Assembly: GCA_040390065.1 (NCBI GenBank)
Contig: JAZJZE010000009.1
Location: 410,930 to 474,929, forward strand
Reading direction: 5' to 3'
Length of the DNA: 64,000 nucleotides
Source of the DNA: a bacterium
GTDB lineage: Archaea; Thermoplasmatota; E2; JACPAO01; JAHFTW01
Shown: positions 60,536-64,000 of the stretch, in pieces
How positions within the stretch are numbered: the stretch's first letter is position 1
How the letters are laid out: each line of letters opens with the position of its first letter
Translations under genes and position numbers: made by a program
The notes under the pieces: model-generated
Databases searched by the model: none
Told to the model about the DNA's origin: nothing
The model's input: the letters and a program-made list of their open reading frames with translations, nothing else

Positions 60536-60646
60536 CAGAGCCCCGCGAAGGGGCTGCGCCCCTTTCGAAACCGGCGCGTCGTGGGGCGCTCGCTTCGCTC
60601 GGCCCCACATAGCCAACGATGAAACGGAAGGGAAAAGGGGGGAAAG

Positions 60647-60720
60647 TCGGGACTGCCGGATTTGAACCGGCGTAATCCAGATCTACAGTCTGGCGCCCAA
60701 CCGAGCTAGACGAAGTCCCG
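60647..60720 (-). tRNA. tRNA-Tyr(GTA), intronless
   Basis: CGGGACT/AGTCCCG acceptor stem with C1:G72 and A73; CCAGA-CT-GTA-GA-TCTGG; GCCGG-TTCAAAT-CCGGC. Confidence 0.92.
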
Positions 60721-60879
60721 AGAAACCCATTGAGTCCCGGCTCGGTGAAAGAGGGCGCTGGCGGGATTGGGCCCGCAAGGCGCGCGACACTGGCCTCCTT
60801 CTTGGGCTTTCCGCCCCAACCCGACGACGGGCGTCCGTCGGAGCAACGGGCTAAATGCCGTCCCCCCGTGCCGCGGCTT

Positions 60880-61263
60880 GTGTCCGAGACGCCGGCGAAC
60901 CTCCTGTACACCAAGTCCCACGAATGGGTGCGCATCGAAGGCGGCGAGGCCACCGTCGGCATCACGGACCACGCGCAGGAGGCCCTGAACGACATCGTCT
61001 TCGTCGAATTGCCGAAGGTCGGCGACGAGTTCGGCCAGGAGGACGAGTTCGGCGTCGTCGAGTCGGTCAAGTCCGTGTCGGACCTTTACCTGCCCGTGGC
61101 CGGCAAGGTCATCGCCGTCAACGCCAGCCTCGAAGAGAAGCCCGAGACCCTCAACGAGGACCCGTACGGAAAGGGCTGGCTCGTGCGCATCCAGATGACG
61201 GACCCGGCCGAGGCCAAGGAGCTCCTCACGGCCGAGGCGTACCAGAAGGCGATTGGGCACTGA
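60880..61263 (+). CDS. gcvH: Glycine cleavage system H protein
   Basis: YTKSHEWV, GITDHAQ, VESVKSVSD (lipoyl-Lys), NEDPYGKGW. Confidence 0.97.
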   Translation: MSETPANLLYTKSHEWVRIEGGEATVGITDHAQEALNDIVFVELPKVGDEFGQEDEFGVVESVKSVSDLYLPVAGKVIAVNASLEEKPETLNEDPYGKGWLVRIQMTDPAEAKELLTAEAYQKAIGH

Positions 61264-61273
61264 CCCGGCGCGT

Positions 61274-61810
61274 CTACACGAACCGCATCGACGCTGCCGC
61301 CGCCTCTGCATCTGGGCGCGCACTGTCGCGGTGGCCTTCCTCCGCGCTGAACGTCATGACGTACCCCAGGTCGGCATGGACGAAAACCGTCGCGTCGTTG
61401 TGGAGAAACCGCCCGCCCCTGGACCCAGTGTACTCAATTCGCCAGCCGGGCTGGAGGGCGCCGTTGAAGGGGCCTTGCGCGGCAGGCGTCAAACCCAAGC
61501 CAGGCAACTGGGCAAGGGTTGCATTGACGTATTGGGCCAGCGTGGTCCCTGCGGGCAGGAATTCCGTGACCACGTTGATATTCTCGGGAAATCCGTCCGC
61601 GGAGTCTTCCATCGGGGCCTCGAAGCCGACGACGCCACCGTGCACGTAGCGCATCCAGGTCGTCGGGTGGCAGTAGCCAAACCCGTATTGCGAATCGGTG
61701 TAGGAGATCCGATCACCGCAAGCCATCGCCGGCGCGCCGCGGGCAATGGGCCCGGACGAACATCCGGGCCCAAACACGGCTATGAGGGCCAGGAAAACGA
61801 CCCAGCGCAT
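61274..61810 (-). CDS. PsbP/DcrB-like lipoprotein
   Basis: Lipobox-like FGPGC; YGFGYCHPTTW...F.ENINVV...YVMTFS pattern. Confidence 0.68.
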   Translation of the reverse strand: MRWVVFLALIAVFGPGCSSGPIARGAPAMACGDRISYTDSQYGFGYCHPTTWMRYVHGGVVGFEAPMEDSADGFPENINVVTEFLPAGTTLAQYVNATLAQLPGLGLTPAAQGPFNGALQPGWRIEYTGSRGGRFLHNDATVFVHADLGYVMTFSAEEGHRDSARPDAEAAAASMRFV

Positions 61811-61886
61811 GCGGATGGTACCGGGCTGCGAGAAGAAAAGGCCGCCGCCTGCCAGGCTTTTTCTCCTGTTCTCGACTGGGCGGCTT

Positions 61887-63239
61887 GTGCACCTCATCCC
61901 CAACGATGAGCTGGAAGCCGAACTCGCCCGCGCCGCTGGCGTCCGCTCGGCCCAGGACCTGTTCTCCGACATCCCCGCGGCCCTGCGCGCCAAGCCGCTT
62001 CGCCTGCCCCCCGCGGAGCCGGAACGCCTTCTGGTGCGCCGCCTGCGAACCCTGCTCAACAAGAACCACTCGTACGAGCGCATGGCGAATTTCCTCGGCG
62101 GCGGCTTCAAGCCGCAACTCGTCCCCGCCGCAGTGAAGGCCGTCGCGCATCGGCAGGAATTCATCACGGCCTACACGCCTTACCAGCCGGAGGTCTCGCA
62201 GGGCCTCCTGCAGACGATCTTCGAGTACCAGTCGCTCATCTGCGACGTCACCCGCATGGAGGTCACGAACGCGGGCCTGTACGACGGACCCACGGCGCTC
62301 GGCGAAGCGGCCCTCATGGCGACGCGCGTCAACGGCCGCATGCGTTTCCTCGTCCCCGGGCACTTGTCGTGGGAGAAGCGCAGCATCCTGCGCAACTACA
62401 CCGTCGGCCCCGGCATCACGCTCGACACCTACGGCTTCGACGCCAAGACGGGCCGCGCCGACATGGCAAGCCTACGGTCCAAACTCGGGCCCGACGTCTC
62501 CGGCGTGCTGCTGGAAAACCCGAACCACTTCGGCATCTTCGAGGAAGACGCGAAGAAGGTCGGCGAGGCCGCTCATGCGGCTGGTGCCCTCTTCGTGATG
62601 TACGTCGATCCCACGGCCCTTGGCGTTTCCGCCCCGCCGGGCCTGCTTGGCGCTGACATCGTGGTCGCGGAGGGCTCCTGCTTCGGCGGCGCGCCCGCCC
62701 TCGGCGGCCCTCTGCTCGGCATGTTCTCCTGCACGGAGGCCATCGTGCGCAAGGCGCCCGGCCGCATCATCGGCGCGACCAAGGACGAGACTGGCAAGCG
62801 CGGCTTCGTCATGACGCTGCAGGCGCGTGAGCAGCATATCCGCCGCGCCAAGGCGACGTCCAACATCTGCTCCAACGAGGCACTCTTGTCCATCCAGGCC
62901 GCCATCCACCTCACCATGCTCGGGCGCCGTGGGCTGCGCGACATGGGGCTGCAGAACCTCGCCGCCGGAGCGCGCCTCGAATCGACGCTCGCCTCCGCCG
63001 GCTTCAACCGCCGATTCAGTGGCGCCACCTACAACGAGCTCGTCACGCCTGCATCGAACTTCCGCGATGTGCATGAACGCGCCCTCAAGGACGGCGTGCA
63101 CATCGGCTGGAACCTTGGCGCCGACCTGCCGGCCATGAAGGACTGCCTGCTATGGGGCTCGACGCCCGTGCACATGGAGGAGGACTACCAGCGCCTCGCC
63201 AAGGCTCTCCTGCCGCAAGTCAAGGCGGTGACCCGATGA
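61887..63239 (+). CDS. gcvPA: Glycine dehydrogenase (decarboxylating) subunit 1
   Basis: FITAYTPYQPEVSQG, YDG, REQHIRRAKATSNICSN. Confidence 0.96.
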   Translation: MHLIPNDELEAELARAAGVRSAQDLFSDIPAALRAKPLRLPPAEPERLLVRRLRTLLNKNHSYERMANFLGGGFKPQLVPAAVKAVAHRQEFITAYTPYQPEVSQGLLQTIFEYQSLICDVTRMEVTNAGLYDGPTALGEAALMATRVNGRMRFLVPGHLSWEKRSILRNYTVGPGITLDTYGFDAKTGRADMASLRSKLGPDVSGVLLENPNHFGIFEEDAKKVGEAAHAAGALFVMYVDPTALGVSAPPGLLGADIVVAEGSCFGGAPALGGPLLGMFSCTEAIVRKAPGRIIGATKDETGKRGFVMTLQAREQHIRRAKATSNICSNEALLSIQAAIHLTMLGRRGLRDMGLQNLAAGARLESTLASAGFNRRFSGATYNELVTPASNFRDVHERALKDGVHIGWNLGADLPAMKDCLLWGSTPVHMEEDYQRLAKALLPQVKAVTR

Positions 63240-64000
63240 CGGGACTGGCCACGCCAAAAGCGGGCATCAGCCTGATGGTGATTCCACACGACGTCCCGCT
63301 CGTCGTCGAGGAGGCGCGCCCCGGCCAGACGGGCACGAACCAAGGGCCCGCGGACGAGGCGTTCTCCAAGCGCGTGCCCGCATCCCTGCAGTACGACGCG
63401 ACGAAGCAGACGGGCGGCGACTACGGCCTCAGTGAACCGCAAGCCGTCGCCCACTTCACGAAGCTGTCGCAGAAGAACTTCGGCAACGACACGGCGCTCT
63501 ACCCTCTGGGCTCGTGCACGATGAAGCACAACCCGAAGGCCTGCGACGAGGTGGCGGGATGGAGCATGGTGAACCTCCTGCACCCGAACCAGGACCCGCG
63601 CACGGTCCAGGGAAGCCTGGAGATCTTCTACGAGTTGGAGCGCTGGCTCGCGGAAGTGACGGGCATGGACGCCGTCTCGCTGCAACCCGCCGCCGGGGCG
63701 CAAGGCGAATTCCTCGGTCTGCTCGTGGCGCGGGCCTACCACGAATCGCGCGGCGAAGGCCACCGCGACGAAGTGATCCTCCCTGACACGGCGCACGGCA
63801 CGAACCCGGCAACGGCGTCGATGGCGGGTTACAAGGTCGTGGAGATTCCCAGCGGCCCCGACGGCCTCGTCGACCTCGCAGCACTGAAGGCTGCCGTCGG
63901 GCCGAAGACGGCGGCGTTCATGCTGACCAATCCCAACACCCTGGGCATCTTCGAGAAGAACATCCAGCAAGTGCAGAAGCTCGTCCACGACGCGGGCGGA
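63236..64000 (+). CDS. gcvPB: Glycine dehydrogenase (decarboxylating) subunit 2 (runs off window)
   Basis: Read manually: YPLGSCTMKHNPK, QPAAGAQGE, AHGTNPA, MLTNPNTLG; ATGA overlap with gcvPA. Confidence 0.95.
   Translation, partial: MTGLATPKAGISLMVIPHDVPLVVEEARPGQTGTNQGPADEAFSKRVPASLQYDATKQTGGDYGLSEPQAVAHFTKLSQKNFGNDTALYPLGSCTMKHNPKACDEVAGWSMVNLLHPNQDPRTVQGSLEIFYELERWLAEVTGMDAVSLQPAAGAQGEFLGLLVARAYHESRGEGHRDEVILPDTAHGTNPATASMAGYKVVEIPSGPDGLVDLAALKAAVGPKTAAFMLTNPNTLGIFEKNIQQVQKLVHDAGG

Noticed and set aside
61274-61810. Lipoprotein gene interrupting the gcvH-gcvP cluster as a mobile insertion
   Set aside because: No terminal repeats, target duplication or recombinase visible.

Overview
High-GC archaeal chromosomal window. 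Archaeal markers include rps24e-rps27ae, an archaeal-type GluRS, hel308-cgi121, Elp3 and a C1:G72 tRNA-Tyr. The gene content and the many GTG starts about 25 nt behind TATA-like boxes suggest a high-GC Thermoplasmatota-like lineage (inference). Housekeeping genes cover PPDK, a 2-oxoacid dehydrogenase E1 alpha, fatty-acid beta-oxidation enzymes, glycine cleavage T/H/P1/P2, PyrD, TrkAH, a THUMP-less ThiI and two tRNAs. Between them sits a large set of surface proteins: about 12 lipoproteins, TSP type-3 repeat, Asp-box, LVIVD and cupredoxin proteins. Main candidates for new biology: (1) a dedicated archaeosortase/exosortase next to a small substrate with a variant VPVFP C-terminal sorting signal; (2) a membrane-spanning PKD/TSP3-to-winged-helix regulator that shares a 23-bp promoter motif with its neighbouring surface-protein gene; (3) secreted-protein plus lipoprotein cassettes with atypical codon usage, one with a G10 tract in its upstream region; (4) several dispersed intergenic repeat families, one of which brackets a two-gene cassette as 50-bp inverted repeats; (5) a hairpin-containing 63-bp tandem expansion inside Elp3; (6) a tRNA-Tyr duplication next to a helically phased octamer array. 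No CRISPR array, transposase or integrase was seen. Start codons were chosen by eye and all family assignments come from motif recognition, not database searches.
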